In this document: positions 61,901 through 64,000 of the stretch, one piece after another
Layout of the letters: each line of letters begins with the position of its first letter
How positions within the stretch are numbered: position 1 is the first letter of the stretch
DNA from: Podarcis pityusensis
Lineage: Eukaryota
Strand: one strand, 5' to 3'
Length of the DNA stretch: 64,000 nt
Assembly: GCA_964106645.2 (NCBI GenBank)
Contig: OZ067046.1
The notes under the pieces: model-generated
What the model was told of the DNA's origin: nothing
The model's input: the letters and a program-made list of their open reading frames with translations, nothing else
Database searches by the model: none
Position numbers and translations under genes: made by a program

Positions 61901-64000
61901 TCCCAAAAGAATCTTCCAAAACAACTGATCGCTCTCACACCAAAGGAGTCCATTTATGTGATCTTACAGTGAAGTACGATGCATTTGGGCACAACAATGA
62001 ATTATATTCACCAAATGCAGGCTTGTGTTTTCAGTTGTTCCTTCGTGACTGGAACGTGCCTTTCTCCATAATTTATGTTGTCAGATGTCTGTCCTTACTG
62101 ATTAGTACCTCATCCAAGTCATAATTCAGATCTATCTGACATAAATATCATGCACAACATGATGGTTTGGTTTCCCCTGGAAAGCAGAAACTTCTTTTGG
62201 AGGCTCTTTGCTCAGAATAAGGATTTGATTCATTGGAAAAATATGTGGATCCCAAATCCATTATTTTGAAATGTTATTTTTGGACATAGTCTCTTGCCAC
62301 TTAGTTATGGGGAAAAGTGATTGGGCGGGGGGTATTGAATGATGTCAATAAATTGCACTTCTGAATTCTAATACGTATAGGGAAATCACAGCCCCTCTAC
62401 CATAGCTTGCTAAAAAGCAGCTATATTTTCCTCAACTTCCTTGTGTGGGAAAGGTTGATAAAAGGAGCAACTGTCTCTATCCACCCCATTTAAGTATGCT
62501 GGGAAGCCATGAATTTCCCAGTGTCCCTTCAGTCCAGCTTTTGTTCTGGGATTGATCTTGTGGTCTTGGTTGGTCAATCTCCATCCAGAGATTGAACGAG
62601 TGGCATTGTGCTCTATTTGATCCTATTATCTGCATGCTTTTATGTTCCAAAATGGGAAATTTAGGGGCCAATCTTATGAAGAGATCTTCTGGGATGAGTA
62701 GCTTTGGATGCAACAGATCTCTGGCTCAGCTGGTGTTAAGCCCCTAACCAGTGGTGGCCTTTGGGCTTTAAAATTTCTGCGGCACCCTGTGTGATTCCAA
62801 AATTCAGCGCACCCCTGCCTCTCACCTTTCCTTGTTCATCATTGTTGCAGTGCCCTTGTGGTGCCCTCTTGGCTCGGCACCCAGTGCAGGTGAACCACTC
62901 CCACTCCCTTAAATTTGCCTCTGTCCTAACTCTGGCTCAGCCCAAGATACGCCAGCATAACTTGCTCAGTTGGGCTTCAACTGGCTGAGTGGAAGCCAGT
63001 GGAAGTCCTGCAAAATGGGCATTCTGGGGTGTGTGGCATGAGTGCGACCAGAGCGGGGGTACTTAGGCTAGATCCTAAACCCATTCAGCTTGATATTGTA
63101 ACCTGGCAGTCTGTCATAAGACTATTTTAAAGGTTTGTTTTCCCTCTGCCAGGTTTGGGTAGAATAGCAGCAGCTCTGCTGCTGAGCAGGATTTGGATCT
63201 GGACGCAGCTTTAGCTTCATTTACACCAGCTTCTGGTGCATCAGATTGCTCCCTTTATCTGGGAGAGCGTAAATTGTACGTTTTAGCATATAAAGCCTTT
63301 TGTATGCTTCTTATAGCTCACCGATCAATCGTGTACTTTAAGGTTTTCTACTGATTTTGCTGTCAATACATTTGGTTGAAATGGAGCAAGTTTTGGTGTT
63401 TTCCAATAAAAGCTTAACTTCTCCAGCGTATGGGTGAAATCTCACATTGCATGACTAGACTTCTGCTGGCTCAATGGGGCCTCCCCTTCCTTTCCTTTCC
63501 CCTTCGGCTCCCTATCCTGCAACCTACTCTGGAGTAGCCCAAGGAGTAGATTTTGAGGACATGTGAGAAGCAGAGAGAAAGAAGGGAAATTCCCATTGAA
63601 TGCGCCATCATTTAAAGTTTTAAACAAACAAAAAAGTTAGGTGGTATGCAGTATGATCACATCGAGAACACATGTCTTTAAGCCTCCTTTGGGTTGCATT
63701 GTCATTAGTCATCTTTTTAATGGAGGGTTTCTTTCTTTCTGACCAGCAAAAGGCTCCAAAATTGAAACAGAGCATGGCGTTTATGGCTCGCTTAGCATAT
63801 GGCCTTCTAGTCTTTTTTGCAGATAAATATTACAGAAGGGACTTGCTAGAGATCAGATCTCACTTTCATGCCCAGATTTTGCATCTCTGCCCATTTGGAG
63901 CCCCTGCTAATAAGTACAAAAGATAGAACAGTGGCCCAGATGATGGACTTTAGCAAAATGTTGGTAAGATAAAACTGTTTTCCCTCCCCTCTGCATGATC

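Overview
This is vertebrate genomic DNA, almost certainly from a squamate and probably a lacertid lizard: it carries a full Sauria/Squam1 SINE, Squam3-like SINEs and BovB/RTE/CR1 fragments. The window holds one protein-coding gene, the complete PITX2 locus on the + strand. Exons: probable distal non-coding exon (~3400-3654), non-coding exon 1 (~9353-9961), exon 2 (CDS 15299-15344), the PITX2b cassette exon 3 (16229-16366), the PITX2c first exon (TSS ~35136, CDS 35726-35984), and shared exons 38413-38618 and 42823-43386 (K50 paired-like homeodomain plus OAR motif). The 3'UTR runs to ~44330. Splice phases are consistent and give PITX2a 271 aa, PITX2b 317 aa and PITX2c 342 aa. The last intron contains the expected FoxH1-doublet asymmetric enhancer (ASE). 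The rest is CpG-rich regulatory DNA, motif-dense candidate enhancers, microsatellites, a 200-N gap, and dozens of copies of a ~85-bp palindromic MITE-like element, often in tandem arrays. The most notable observations are: (1) two identical tandem 5' splice donors that could insert Val-Arg into homeodomain helix 3; (2) a second, tighter FoxH1 doublet with a Smad site ~3.5 kb downstream of the gene, a candidate shadow ASE; (3) a 14-bp duplication in the PITX2c leader that changes an overlapping uORF into a non-overlapping one, upstream of weak and strong tandem start codons; (4) MITE arrays carrying consensus U1 sites; (5) a Ser/His-expanded PITX2c N-terminus. No alignments or searches were run; comparisons with human PITX2 and with repeat consensi are from memory.
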